Below are positions 31,429 to 41,502 of a DNA stretch of 64,000 nt, piece after piece. The notes below the pieces were generated by a model. That model saw only the letters and a list, made by a program, of their open reading frames with translations. It did not search any database and was not told where the DNA came from. A program made the translations under genes and the position numbers. Source of the DNA: Candidatus Poribacteria bacterium (GTDB lineage Bacteria; Poribacteria; WGA-4E; WGA-3G); the NCBI GenBank assembly GCA_964291315.2, contig OZ219753.1:128001-192000 (forward strand), written 5' to 3'. Numbering within the stretch: position 1 is the stretch's first letter; each line of letters starts with the position of its first letter.

Positions 31429-31926
31429 TTATCGACGACCGCCACCGCGCCGCCCGCCGCCTTCACTACGCCTGCGGTTCATACGGTTTGATTGCTCTGT
31501 CTCCCGTTTCTTTGTTAGCTCGTTAAGTTTAGCCATCTGTTCTGGTGTTAAAACCTCTTGGAGACTCATTTGGAACTCTTTTCCAACGGTTGCGGCATAA
31601 TTTCCCATTTCTGTCATAGCCGAACGTATATCACCGGATGCTTGTAGTTCTTTCATCTTTGCTTCAAATTTATCTCGGGTTATCTGATAGATGGGGCGTG
31701 CTTTCATGAGTGTTGCATCGTCTACTTTTACGCTGAATGTCAAATCGACCCAAGAGTTATCGACCAGAGAGACGAGATTCATCATGTTTCCACCTCCACC
31801 GCGACCCTGGTTTGCCCGTGGTGCGTTTCGGTCGGGGCGTTGTGCAGATGTCATGTGTTCAAGAACAAATACCCCCATGAGTGTCATAACTATGATTGCG
31901 CCGATTGTGAAAAATTTCCGCTTCAT
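31429..31926 (-). CDS. Secreted helical protein (Spy/CpxP-like, LTxEQ motif) with Gly/Arg-rich ends
   Basis: Signal peptide, VLTPEQMAKL, GRGGGG and GGGRRGGGRR; AGGAG SD. Confidence 0.6.
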   Translation of the reverse strand: MKRKFFTIGAIIVMTLMGVFVLEHMTSAQRPDRNAPRANQGRGGGGNMMNLVSLVDNSWVDLTFSVKVDDATLMKARPIYQITRDKFEAKMKELQASGDIRSAMTEMGNYAATVGKEFQMSLQEVLTPEQMAKLNELTKKRETEQSNRMNRRRSEGGGRRGGGRR

Positions 31927-32150
31927 TGTGTTTCTCCTGTTAGAAAGTTGATTATGTGAAGTCCTTCAATGTTTTTTCAGGCGTTCACATTTTGGTTTTG
32001 CTTCTTTAGTCGGATAGGTTCAAGAAAGGTTCGTTTTTTCTAAAAACTTGATTTTGAGACCGGACATGATCCGTCATCCGTTTGCGATCATATCTGCAGA
32101 CATTGATTTTTATTCGTAAATAATGTTATATTATGAAAAAAGGGGGCAGT

Positions 32151-33059
32151 ATGGATTGGAGAGAGGCATTGCCGGAAATTATAACGCAACCCTGTTCACG
32201 TCTCCGATTTGGAGAACCGCTTGCGAAACATACCTACTTTGGCATTGGCGGTGAGGTGTCCGCTTACATTGAAGTCAGCACGATGCCTGAACTTGCAGCA
32301 CTAGCGCATTTCCATGAGCAGTGGGAGGTTCCGATTGCACCTATCGGTCGCGGGTCCAATCTACTAGTGAACGATATAGGCTTCAAAGGCATCGCCGTGA
32401 GATTAGTCGGTGAGTTGGCGAAGTTGGAGGTCGACGGGAACGTAGTTTCGATGGGTGCGGGAGTTTCACTGCCTCGCCTGTCAAAAACCATGTCGCGAAG
32501 AGGGTTGAGTGGTTTAGAATTTGCCTTAGGTATTCCGGGTTCTGTGGGCGGTGCACTCATCATGAACGCCGGTGCATGGGGCAGTAGTTTCGCGGATGTT
32601 GTTACATCTGTTACAGTCATGAATAGTACTGGTGATCTTGTCAATCTAACGCACACTGAAGCGAACTTTGAGTATCGACATAGCGGTCTGGATGCCTATT
32701 TCTGCGTTACGGGGGCGCGGCTTACGCTTGAACATGGCGATGTTGACACAATAACGGATCGGATGAGAACCTTCTACAAAAAGAAGGTCGAAACGCAGCC
32801 CTTTGTTGAAGAAAATGCTGGATGTATGTTCAAAAATCCGCCCGGCGATTCCGCGGGGCGGTTGATTGACATCACTGGATTAAAAGGCTATCGTATCGGC
32901 GGCGCAGAAATCTCCACGGTGCACGGGAATTTTATTCTCAATATTGATAATGCAACGGCAGCGGATGTTCTGAATTTGGTCGCATACATCCAACAGCAGG
33001 TCCGGGAAAAAACTGGAATTTCCCTCCAAACAGAGGTAAAGCGGTTAGGGTTTGACTAA
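32151..33059 (+). CDS. murB: UDP-N-acetylenolpyruvoylglucosamine reductase
   Basis: HTYFGIGG, GRGSNLL, GIPGSVGGALIMNAGA, FEYRHS, AGCMFKNP, HGNFI. Confidence 0.95.
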   Translation: MDWREALPEIITQPCSRLRFGEPLAKHTYFGIGGEVSAYIEVSTMPELAALAHFHEQWEVPIAPIGRGSNLLVNDIGFKGIAVRLVGELAKLEVDGNVVSMGAGVSLPRLSKTMSRRGLSGLEFALGIPGSVGGALIMNAGAWGSSFADVVTSVTVMNSTGDLVNLTHTEANFEYRHSGLDAYFCVTGARLTLEHGDVDTITDRMRTFYKKKVETQPFVEENAGCMFKNPPGDSAGRLIDITGLKGYRIGGAEISTVHGNFILNIDNATAADVLNLVAYIQQQVREKTGISLQTEVKRLGFD

Positions 33060-33306
33060 GCCCGATTGCTTTCGTTAATCTATCTGAATCTGGGTAGAAT
33101 CGGCCTGGCGTACATGTGCTTTTCGCTGGTAATGTTTCGCTAAAGTTTTTATTTGTTCTTATCCAGACACAATAAATCATTACGTGAATTCCGATAGGGC
33201 ATCATATGAGAAATAGAAACCTGGTTGGTCATCGTTATGGTAACTAAAAGAAGCTTTCTCCCGCGGATTTTCTCATCGAGAAATTTTTCACCTGTTACTT
33301 CTTGTA

Positions 33307-34500
33307 TTAAGGCCTGATAACTGTGCCGTCCATGCGCCTCACGGGTGCCCAACCGCCGTTGAGTGGGTGTTCAGGGAAGGGGAATCTTGCAGCGAGCTCC
33401 TCATTTAGATCTATGCCGAGTCCGGGTTCCTCGCTTGCCCAATAGCAGCCTTCTCTGATTTCAGGGCACCCTGGGAAAACCTCTTTGGTATTCTCGCCGA
33501 AGACATGCTGTTCCTGAATGCCGAAGTTGTAGCATGCGAGGTCTAGGGCCACGTTCGCAGCATGTCCGACTGGAGAGACGTCCCCCGGTCCATGCCATGC
33601 GGTGCGCACGCCAAAGAATTCACAAAACGCGGCAAGTTTCCGTGCTGGACTAATGCCGCCGATTTGTGAGATATGTACTCGGATGAAGTCGATAAGCCTA
33701 TTTTTGATAATATTGATGTATTCGTTCGGGTTGTTAAACAATTCTCCCATGGCAATTGGAGTGCTGGTCTGTTGGCGCATGAGTTGGAAATAGTCAACAT
33801 CTTCTGGGGCGAATGGGTCTTCGAGGAAGAAAAGATTATACGGTTCTAAGCCTTTCGAGAGATTAATTGCTTGGATAGGTGGGATGCGTTCATGTACATC
33901 GTGGAGGAGTTCTACCTCATCCCCGAGTTGTGTCCGTAGATGATCGAAGAGTTTGATGACGGTGTTGACATAAGGTGTTGGTTCGAAGGCATCGGAGCTG
34001 TCTTTTCCGCGCCTGGCGCCGTACGTTGAATAGCCGGGTATTGCTACTTGTGCGCGGACATAGCGATAGCCTTGTTCTATATAGCGCCGGATGTTCTGTT
34101 CTACTTCCTCGAAAGTGTTTCCGCCTGCATGGGCATAGAGCGTTGCAGCCTCACGGCATTTGCCGCCGAGTAGTTGATAGACTGGCATACTGGCGCGTTT
34201 CCCCATGATGTCCCATAGTGCAATGTCTACGCCGCTGAGGGCATTGTTCAAGACCGGTCCGTTCCTCCAATAGGAGCTGACGAAGCTAGTTTGGAAGATG
34301 TCCTCTATATTCCCTGGGTCCTTGCCGACGAGAAACGGCTTGAGATATTCCTCAACCGCTGTTGCGACTGCGAGCGGCCGTTGTGTAAACGTAGCACAGC
34401 CGATCCCATATAAGCCCTGCTCACTGGTTTCAACCTTAACAACGACAAGGCGAATACCGTTGGGTGCTGTCAGAATGGTTTTAACGTCTGTAATTTTCAA
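33307..34500 (-). CDS. Enolase-superfamily acid-sugar dehydratase (mannonate dehydratase/RspA subgroup)
   Basis: YWRNGP, HDVHER, LEDP, MGEL, TAWHGP. TTG start with GAGAGGAG SD; promoter TTGACA-N17-TATACT at 34532-34560. Confidence 0.9.
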   Translation of the reverse strand: MKITDVKTILTAPNGIRLVVVKVETSEQGLYGIGCATFTQRPLAVATAVEEYLKPFLVGKDPGNIEDIFQTSFVSSYWRNGPVLNNALSGVDIALWDIMGKRASMPVYQLLGGKCREAATLYAHAGGNTFEEVEQNIRRYIEQGYRYVRAQVAIPGYSTYGARRGKDSSDAFEPTPYVNTVIKLFDHLRTQLGDEVELLHDVHERIPPIQAINLSKGLEPYNLFFLEDPFAPEDVDYFQLMRQQTSTPIAMGELFNNPNEYINIIKNRLIDFIRVHISQIGGISPARKLAAFCEFFGVRTAWHGPGDVSPVGHAANVALDLACYNFGIQEQHVFGENTKEVFPGCPEIREGCYWASEEPGLGIDLNEELAARFPFPEHPLNGGWAPVRRMDGTVIRP

Positions 34501-34573
34501 GTGATATTTCTCCTCTCTTACGTTCCTATGGAGTATAGCAGAGCAGCGGTGATCTGTCAAAGGGATTTGGCAT

Positions 34574-36718
34574 CTATCGTGTTTTCCTTAGGATAAGGTT
34601 TTGGTAGGGATCAACAATAGCAGAAAAATTGGGAGGTATTATAGTCGTCGCGCTGAATTCTGTGACAATCGCGGGCCCAGTGATACAGTTGCCCGGACGC
34701 AGCAGTTCGCGGCGATAGAGATCCGTTGGGACTGTTTCGTTCTCAAAAACTACTTGTGTTTGAGTGATGCATGCTTCAGATGTATCGGTATCAGCAGGTT
34801 GTATCGGTTGGATGAGAGGTTTGTTTGTCTCTCCGAGAGCTGTGAGGCGGAGGTTCACTACTTCCGATGGAGCATCAGTTCTGGCATACCCGAATCGTTG
34901 GGCATGTGCAGCGTGGAATCTCTCGGTAAACGTCTGTATCGCCTCGGCAGAAGCGTTTATTGCATCGGTATATGGGATATTTAATTCGTAAGATTGACCG
35001 GCATACCGTATATCAAGTGAACGAGTGATTTTGAGTTGGTCTAGTGTAAACCCCTCTGTCTTCATTTCAGTTTCGGCCCGGTTGAGCAGTTTATTAAATT
35101 CGTTGTTTAATGCTTCAACAAGGTTTTCAGCATTACTTTTTTCAAGATGCCATAACACTGTCCGTGAATAATCTTTGACAACCTCTGCAAAGAGCATGCC
35201 GTAGGCAGAGAGTAGACCGCCGTTGGGTGGGATAAGAACTGTTCCGATCCCAAGGTTCTCAGCTATAAATGCTGCGTGTAGTCCCCCGGCCCCTCCGAAA
35301 GAGACGAGCGTGAAGTCGCGTGTATCGAATCCGCGTTCGACAGAAATGACTTTGACTGCGCGTTCCATAGTTGCATTGGCAACCTTGAGGATACCGTCTG
35401 CGGTTTGAAGAGGCGAGATACCGAGATCCGAGGCGAATTTTTCAATGTAGGTGCGGGCCCTATGAATGTCGAGAGACATCGTGCCGCCTAAAAATTGTGT
35501 TGCTGCGATGCGTCCTAAGAAGAGGTTCGCATCGGTTACCGTGATGTGTTCACCTTTATTTCCATAACAGATTGGACCTGGATCCGCTCCTGCGCTCTCC
35601 GGTCCGACCCGTAGTGCGCCGCCTATATCGACATTTGCAATTGAACCGCCCCCGGCACCTACAGTGTGGATGTCGATAAGCGGTACCTTGATAGGAAGCC
35701 CGCTGATCGTGCTTTCTGTTGTCAAGGCTATGCCGTTACTGCAGAGACTCACATCTGTTGAAGTTCCGCCCATATCGAATGTGATAATTTGGTTGTAGCC
35801 GGCGGTTTTCGCGATTTGGAATGCACCAAGAACGCCGCTAGCGGGACCGGATAACACAGTACGGATACCAGCCGACTCACCTTTATATGGCAAGTTTTCA
35901 GTTTGTGGGCTGCTCTGAAAAATCTTTCCAGAAACGCTGCCGCCGTTAGAGAGCATCAAACGCAATGCTTTCGGAAACTGTTTTGCCTCTATGAGTGTGG
36001 AAAGGTGTCGTTCCAAGGTAGGACGAATATAAGCGTTGGCAACAGTAGTGCTGAAACGGGCATATTCTCGGTACTCAGGTAGGACTTCGTGTGAGCAGGA
36101 AACTGGGACCTCAAGTCGTGATGAGAGGTGTTCCCTAACAACCTGTTCATTTTGTGGATTAACGTAGGCGAACAGAAAACAGATTGCGATTGCATCGAGT
36201 TCCAACGCAGCGAGTTGTGTCGCAAGCGCATCTAACTCATCTAGTTTAACCTCAGTTTGAATGTCACCGGTGTGCAGTGTTCGTTCTAAAATCCCGAAGC
36301 GTCGTTCAGCAGGTACTAGCGGGGCCGGGCGTTCCGCGGAAAAGTCATAAAGGTTTGGGCGCGCTTGTCTGCCTATTTCTAAAATGTCTTCAAAACCTTT
36401 TGTTGTGACAAGTGCGATACGTGCCCCTCTGCGTTCAAGGAGCGCGTTTGTGGCAACCGTGGATCCGTGGACGACCTCGACCTGCTGGGCATCGATGTCA
36501 TGCATGCACAGAATTTCAGCGACCCCTTGTATCACAGCATGAGCGGGATTCTGTGGTGTGGATAGAACTTTGTGTGTGAATAGCGTGTCGTTGATATGCA
36601 GCACGATATCGGTGAAGGTCCCCCCGGTGTCGACTCCTATTTTTTTTACTAACTTTCGGGGTCCGTCTGGATGTTCGCTATGTTCACTTTGGGCTATGAG
36701 TGTATGGCAGTTATGCAT
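34574..36718 (-). CDS. Hydantoinase A / 5-oxoprolinase alpha-subunit family protein
   Basis: GVDTGGTFTD, HGSTVATNA, SGPASG, DMGGTSTD, GAGGGS, SAGADPGP, FGGAGGLH. Confidence 0.92.
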   Translation of the reverse strand: MHNCHTLIAQSEHSEHPDGPRKLVKKIGVDTGGTFTDIVLHINDTLFTHKVLSTPQNPAHAVIQGVAEILCMHDIDAQQVEVVHGSTVATNALLERRGARIALVTTKGFEDILEIGRQARPNLYDFSAERPAPLVPAERRFGILERTLHTGDIQTEVKLDELDALATQLAALELDAIAICFLFAYVNPQNEQVVREHLSSRLEVPVSCSHEVLPEYREYARFSTTVANAYIRPTLERHLSTLIEAKQFPKALRLMLSNGGSVSGKIFQSSPQTENLPYKGESAGIRTVLSGPASGVLGAFQIAKTAGYNQIITFDMGGTSTDVSLCSNGIALTTESTISGLPIKVPLIDIHTVGAGGGSIANVDIGGALRVGPESAGADPGPICYGNKGEHITVTDANLFLGRIAATQFLGGTMSLDIHRARTYIEKFASDLGISPLQTADGILKVANATMERAVKVISVERGFDTRDFTLVSFGGAGGLHAAFIAENLGIGTVLIPPNGGLLSAYGMLFAEVVKDYSRTVLWHLEKSNAENLVEALNNEFNKLLNRAETEMKTEGFTLDQLKITRSLDIRYAGQSYELNIPYTDAINASAEAIQTFTERFHAAHAQRFGYARTDAPSEVVNLRLTALGETNKPLIQPIQPADTDTSEACITQTQVVFENETVPTDLYRRELLRPGNCITGPAIVTEFSATTIIPPNFSAIVDPYQNLILRKTR

Positions 36719-36745
36719 TGTTTCTCTTTTTTTCGCTGTGAATGG

Positions 36746-37708
36746 TTATGAGACAACTACGTTTTGGGGGTTGCCTTCCAGAAAAGTGATGATGTTATCT
36801 ACCGCGCCTTCGTTAAGGAGTTCGACTCCTTCCGGAGTCATATCGGCACAATGCGGTGTTAGAATCACTTGTTTGCACGCCAAGAGTGGATGGTCTGCAG
36901 GGAGCGGTTCTTGATCGTAGACATCGATAGCAGCGCCTCCGAGGTGGCCGCTGTTGAGGGCGTTAACCAAAGCATCTGTATCAATTAGATTGCCGCGCGC
37001 AACATTGATTAAAAGGGTCCCCGGCTTCATCATAGCGATTTCGTTTTCGCCAATGAGATGGTAGCTTTTCTCTGTCAATCTAACGTGTAAACTGACAACA
37101 TCGGCGGTACGGAGTAATTCTGTCAGGGAAACGAAGCGGATCCTTAATTCTTGTGCTCGTGTTGTTGAAGGATGGTATGTCCAGGCAATAACATCCATCC
37201 CGATGGCTCGTCCGAGTCGTGCCATCTCAGCCCCGATATGCCCGGTGCCGATAATTCCCAAGGTTTTCCCTTGAAGGTAGACATTGTCGATACGTGGCCA
37301 GCCCCCTGCTTTCATAGATGCCGTTAGAAATGCTGCGCGTTTGGCAAGTCCGAGCATCAGTCCGAACCCGTGTTCCGCGACAACGGGAGCAGTCCGTCCG
37401 GGTTGGTTGCAAACGGTGATTCCGCGCTTTTTTGCTTCATCGAGTCCAATCATATCAGTCCCGATGGAGCAGAGCGAGATTAATTTAAGCTTAGAAAGTT
37501 GTCGTAGAAGTTCAGCTGGCCACTTGACGAGTCCACGCGAATTGATGAGGATTTCTGCGTCCTCGGCGCGACGGAGTTGTTCTGTGTCGGTTTCGGGTCG
37601 GTTGGTGTAAATGACGACATCGCCATACGGTTTGAGGCGTTCTAGATGCGGTGAGCCTTGGATTTGCGGTGGTGAATCACCAGGGACAACAATTTTGAGC
37701 CTGTTCAC
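36746..37708 (-). CDS. D-isomer-specific 2-hydroxyacid dehydrogenase
   Basis: GIIGTGHIG, INVARG, IDVYDQEP, TPHCA. GTG start after AAGGA. Confidence 0.9.
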   Translation of the reverse strand: MNRLKIVVPGDSPPQIQGSPHLERLKPYGDVVIYTNRPETDTEQLRRAEDAEILINSRGLVKWPAELLRQLSKLKLISLCSIGTDMIGLDEAKKRGITVCNQPGRTAPVVAEHGFGLMLGLAKRAAFLTASMKAGGWPRIDNVYLQGKTLGIIGTGHIGAEMARLGRAIGMDVIAWTYHPSTTRAQELRIRFVSLTELLRTADVVSLHVRLTEKSYHLIGENEIAMMKPGTLLINVARGNLIDTDALVNALNSGHLGGAAIDVYDQEPLPADHPLLACKQVILTPHCADMTPEGVELLNEGAVDNIITFLEGNPQNVVVS

Positions 37709-37724
37709 AATTTGTTCCTTTTTA

Positions 37725-38339
37725 TTATTCTTCGCCCCACTTGTGTGTTTTTGCGCCACCGTCGTAGGCGACAGCGTGTCCTGCTTCTAACAACGACTCG
37801 GCGACGTTGATAAAGATATCATCTTTGAAACATATGACGGTGGCGACGGTTCGCCCGAAATATTTATCGGGTTGCGGATTCTGAATTATGAATCCGAGAG
37901 TCCCCTCTTCGTTTCTGTTTGCCATGATGAGTCGTTTGAGGAAATCGGTTGCAGCTTGGGCTTGTTCTTTTTCTTTTTGGAGAGAGGCTTCGGTGCGTCC
38001 GGCGCGTATCGGCCGCCTTTCAGGTGTGTCTATTCCAGCGATTCTAATATCAGTAAAGCTGTAAATACCGTCAACCCTTTGTTCGATGCCGGGCCAAAGC
38101 ATTAATCGATCTTCACTCATACCGAGTGGTGATGAATGAAACGAATGAATCTGGACAGTCACATCCAAAATTGTATCGCCATCGTAAACGTTGTCAATGC
38201 TATCAATTGTGCCGTAATAGATTGGCCCGCTATCGTTCTGAATCAAGAGATTAGAGGTCTCACATCCGGCGAGCGACATGCACAACAAGAGTGCTAAGCT
38301 TATTTTTTTTAGAATGGCGGTGTATGGTGGTAGAAGCAT
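37725..38339 (-). CDS. Thermonuclease (SNase-like) lipoprotein
   Basis: Lipobox SLAGC, YDGDTI, IRIAGIDTPE, DKYFGRTVA, LLEAGHAVAYDGG. Confidence 0.8.
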   Translation of the reverse strand: MLLPPYTAILKKISLALLLCMSLAGCETSNLLIQNDSGPIYYGTIDSIDNVYDGDTILDVTVQIHSFHSSPLGMSEDRLMLWPGIEQRVDGIYSFTDIRIAGIDTPERRPIRAGRTEASLQKEKEQAQAATDFLKRLIMANRNEEGTLGFIIQNPQPDKYFGRTVATVICFKDDIFINVAESLLEAGHAVAYDGGAKTHKWGEE

Positions 38340-38361
38340 AAATCTGATAACTTCCCCCGAT

Positions 38362-39522
38362 TTACTCAAAACATTCCTTATATAGGGTGACAATATCTTC
38401 GGCAGTAGCCTGTCGCGGATTGTTAGCGGGACTCCCGCTTGCGAGGGCATCGGCTGCCATCTGTTCAACGACAGACTCGAATTCTTCTTTGTTAATGCCG
38501 ATTTCTCCAAGGCGCGGCATCTGAATGTCGGTGACGAGGCGTTCAACGGCAGAGATTGCTGCATCAGCTTGATGCATCGGAGACAATCCGTCAATTGGTT
38601 CCCCCATGGCGCGTGCGACATCGGCAAATCGAGCAGGTGCCCCGATGATACTGAACGCCATCACGTCGCGTAATAAAACTGAATTTGATAACCCATGGTG
38701 AATATGGAAGTAGGCACCAATTGGACGTGACATGCCGTGGACCAAAGCCACAGATGAATTGCTGAACGCTATACCAGCGATAGACGCACCGATCATCATA
38801 TCATTACGCGCAGAGACATTTTCGCTGTCGCTCCACGCCTGCCGGAGCGACCCTGAAATCATGGCAACCGCTTTCAGAGCGAGTGCGTCTGTTATTGGTT
38901 GGGCGCGTTTGGAGATGTATGCCTCTATTGCGTGCGTCAAAGCGTCAACGCCTACCGCGGCAGTCAGAGGCTGCGGGGTTGTTAAAGATAACAACGGATC
39001 TACAAGGGCAACGGATGCAAGTAGGCACGGACTACTGAGCATCATCTTGACGTTTTGTTCGGTATCAGTAATGACGGTAACTTTGGAAACTTCGCTCCCT
39101 GTTCCCGCTGTTGTCGGTATTGCAATGAGCGGTGCAGCTGGATTTGGGATCTTGTCCACCCCGATATAACTGGCGAAGTCCCCTTTATTTGTGAGTTTCA
39201 TCGCGATGCCTTTTCCACAGTCAATAGCGCTTCCGCCACCGATACTCACGATTAGATCACAGGCTTCGTCAATGTATTGCTTTAAACCGTCACTTACGTT
39301 TTGTAAGGTTGGATCGGGTGTGACATCAGCGAAGCATGAGGAGGCTATTCCGGCATTGTGTAAATTTTGGGCGATGTTGGCGGTGTATCCAATTTCGGCG
39401 ATACCAGGATCGGTTACGATAAGTACATTCGTTGCCCCGAGATGTTTTGCTTGTGCACCGACGTTCTCGGCTGCCCCTGCGCCTGTGATTATCGTAGGAG
39501 GGAGTGTTAATGTTGTAGGCAA
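38362..39522 (-). CDS. Iron-containing alcohol dehydrogenase
   Basis: GGGSAID, PTTAGTGSE, DALTHAIE, VHGMS, HHGLSN. Confidence 0.93.
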   Translation of the reverse strand: MPTTLTLPPTIITGAGAAENVGAQAKHLGATNVLIVTDPGIAEIGYTANIAQNLHNAGIASSCFADVTPDPTLQNVSDGLKQYIDEACDLIVSIGGGSAIDCGKGIAMKLTNKGDFASYIGVDKIPNPAAPLIAIPTTAGTGSEVSKVTVITDTEQNVKMMLSSPCLLASVALVDPLLSLTTPQPLTAAVGVDALTHAIEAYISKRAQPITDALALKAVAMISGSLRQAWSDSENVSARNDMMIGASIAGIAFSNSSVALVHGMSRPIGAYFHIHHGLSNSVLLRDVMAFSIIGAPARFADVARAMGEPIDGLSPMHQADAAISAVERLVTDIQMPRLGEIGINKEEFESVVEQMAADALASGSPANNPRQATAEDIVTLYKECFE

Positions 39523-39605
39523 TTTTCGATTCCCTATGAAGGTTTAGTGTTCAGTTGAATGTAGATTGGATTAAAAGCAACACTATATTGACATTCAAAC
39601 GAAGA

Positions 39606-39791
39606 TCAAAGTACATCTAACCTACCAATCAATTTCCCCCAAGTCGTTACCTTCACGCGGCCTAATGAACTGACTTCTTTTCGTTCGGTTATTTCTTGGG
39701 CAAGTTTCGAATTCATGATGTAATTGTCTAATATATCCGCAACTCGATCTGTGCCTAACTGGTCGGCTTCGATCGTAATGTCGTCTGTTGT
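39606..39791 (-). pseudogene. 3'-end relic of a secreted-protein gene carrying the short C-terminal motif
   Basis: Frame between two stops: TTDDITIEADQLGTDRVADILDNYIMNSKLAQEITERKEVSSLGRVKVTTWGKLIGRLDVL. No signal peptide or full-length start. Confidence 0.5.
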
Positions 39792-39846
39792 TCACTTATT
39801 TGTATGCGGCTTGGATGCGTAGGTGGTAGAATTTATCGAATGTGTC

Positions 39847-41412
39847 TTAATGCCGGAAATGGCGGACCCCTGTCAGCACCATTGCTATACCGTAGGTGTC
39901 CGCTGCTTCAATCACAGGCCCGTCATTGACAGAACCGCCGGGTTGAATAATGGCACGGATCCCTGCCTCACCCGCGATCTCAACGCTGTCTGGGAATGGG
40001 AAGTAGGCATCCGAAGCCAGCATGGCACCTTGTGCCTTTTCACCTGCCTTTCGGACAGCGATGATAGTGGAGTCCACACGGCTCATTTGTCCTGCGCCGA
40101 TGCCGACACTTTGGGTGCCTTGGGCCAACAGAATGCAGTTAGATTTGACGTGTTTACACGCTTTCCATGCGAAAAGTAAGGATTTTATCTCTATGTCTGT
40201 TGGTGCACGCTTCGTGACGACCTTTAAGGCATCCGTTGTTAACTCGTGGACATCCGGGTACTGAACCAACACGCCTCCTGCAACATTGCGAACTTGTAAA
40301 ATAGGTTCTGAAGAGAAAAGAGTACCTGTTTCCAGAATCGGGCGGCGTTTAACGCGGGACAAAGCTCTTAGCGCTTTTTCAGTGTAATTAGGTGCGATAA
40401 TTGCGTCGATTTTCACACCAGCATTCGCAGCTTCTCGGATCGTGTTAGCAGTCTGAATTGTCACTTTGCGGTTTAGTCCTATAATTGAGCCGAAAGCAGA
40501 GGTTCGATCGCATTCTAGGGCTTGTGTGAAAGCATCTTTTAAGTTGTCGGCAATTGCGAGTCCGCACGGATTATTATGTTTGATGATGGCGCAAGCCGGT
40601 TGTGTGAAGTCCTTGACGATTTCTAGAGCGGTTTCCAGATCGAGGATATTGTTAAAAGAGAGCGGTTGTCCGTTGAGTTGTTTTGCCCAGGCCGCACATG
40701 CACCAGGATCGGTTCTAGTTTTGTAGAAAGCGGCGCGTTGATGTGGGTTTTCGCCGTAACGGAGGGCCCGCTCTTTCTTAAAATGGAAGGTCAGTTCAGA
40801 AGCGAATTCATCCGTTTGTGAGTCAACGTTACCGAGATAGGTGGAGATTGCCGAGTCATACGTAGCGGTATATGCAAAAGCTGCTTTTGCAAGCTCAAAT
40901 CGTTGCTCTTCGGAAAGGCAGCCGGCGTTGGCATCTAGGGCGGTGATGATCTGTGGATATTGACTCGCTGCAGTCAGGACAGCAATGTGTTGGTGATTTT
41001 TCGCTGCAGCACGAATCATAGTTGGCCCCCCGATATCGATGTTCTCAATCGCTTCTGCCAGTGTTACGTCCGGTTTGGCGACAGTTGCTTCAAACGGATA
41101 CAGGTTGCATATCACCATGTCGATACGGTTGATGCCGTGTGTTTCCATTTGTTTCCTGTGTTCCGTATTGTTCCATTGCGCGAGGAGACCTCCTTGAATT
41201 TTCGGATGTAACGTTTTAACTCGGCCGTCCAACATTTCAGGAAAACCGGTGTAGTCAGACACATCGTGAATGTCAATTCCGGCATCTCGGAGGTGCTGAG
41301 CCGTGCCGCCCGTAGAGAGGATTTCCACGTCACACTGGACAAGGATGTTTGCTATTTCCAGAATACCGGTTTTATCATAGACGCTGATGAGTGCGCGTTG
41401 TATTTTTTTCAT
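39847..41412 (-). CDS. purH: Bifunctional AICAR transformylase / IMP cyclohydrolase
   Basis: RALISVYDKTG, GRVKTLHP, IDIGGPTMIRAAAKN, RYGENPHQ, HVKSN, SDAYFPF, GVRHFRH. Confidence 0.97.
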   Translation of the reverse strand: MKKIQRALISVYDKTGILEIANILVQCDVEILSTGGTAQHLRDAGIDIHDVSDYTGFPEMLDGRVKTLHPKIQGGLLAQWNNTEHRKQMETHGINRIDMVICNLYPFEATVAKPDVTLAEAIENIDIGGPTMIRAAAKNHQHIAVLTAASQYPQIITALDANAGCLSEEQRFELAKAAFAYTATYDSAISTYLGNVDSQTDEFASELTFHFKKERALRYGENPHQRAAFYKTRTDPGACAAWAKQLNGQPLSFNNILDLETALEIVKDFTQPACAIIKHNNPCGLAIADNLKDAFTQALECDRTSAFGSIIGLNRKVTIQTANTIREAANAGVKIDAIIAPNYTEKALRALSRVKRRPILETGTLFSSEPILQVRNVAGGVLVQYPDVHELTTDALKVVTKRAPTDIEIKSLLFAWKACKHVKSNCILLAQGTQSVGIGAGQMSRVDSTIIAVRKAGEKAQGAMLASDAYFPFPDSVEIAGEAGIRAIIQPGGSVNDGPVIEAADTYGIAMVLTGVRHFRH

Positions 41413-41502
41413 TTTTGGCTTTCATTTATTGGTTATCAGTCGTTGGTTAAAAAGGTTTTAATGCCTTAAATATGCTTAGCTGATGGGTGTTTACTGACAG
41501 TC

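Noticed and set aside
38340-38627. 96-aa N-terminal extension of the thermonuclease ORF
   Set aside because: Alternative frame of the ADH 3' end; the lipoprotein signal starts at 38339.
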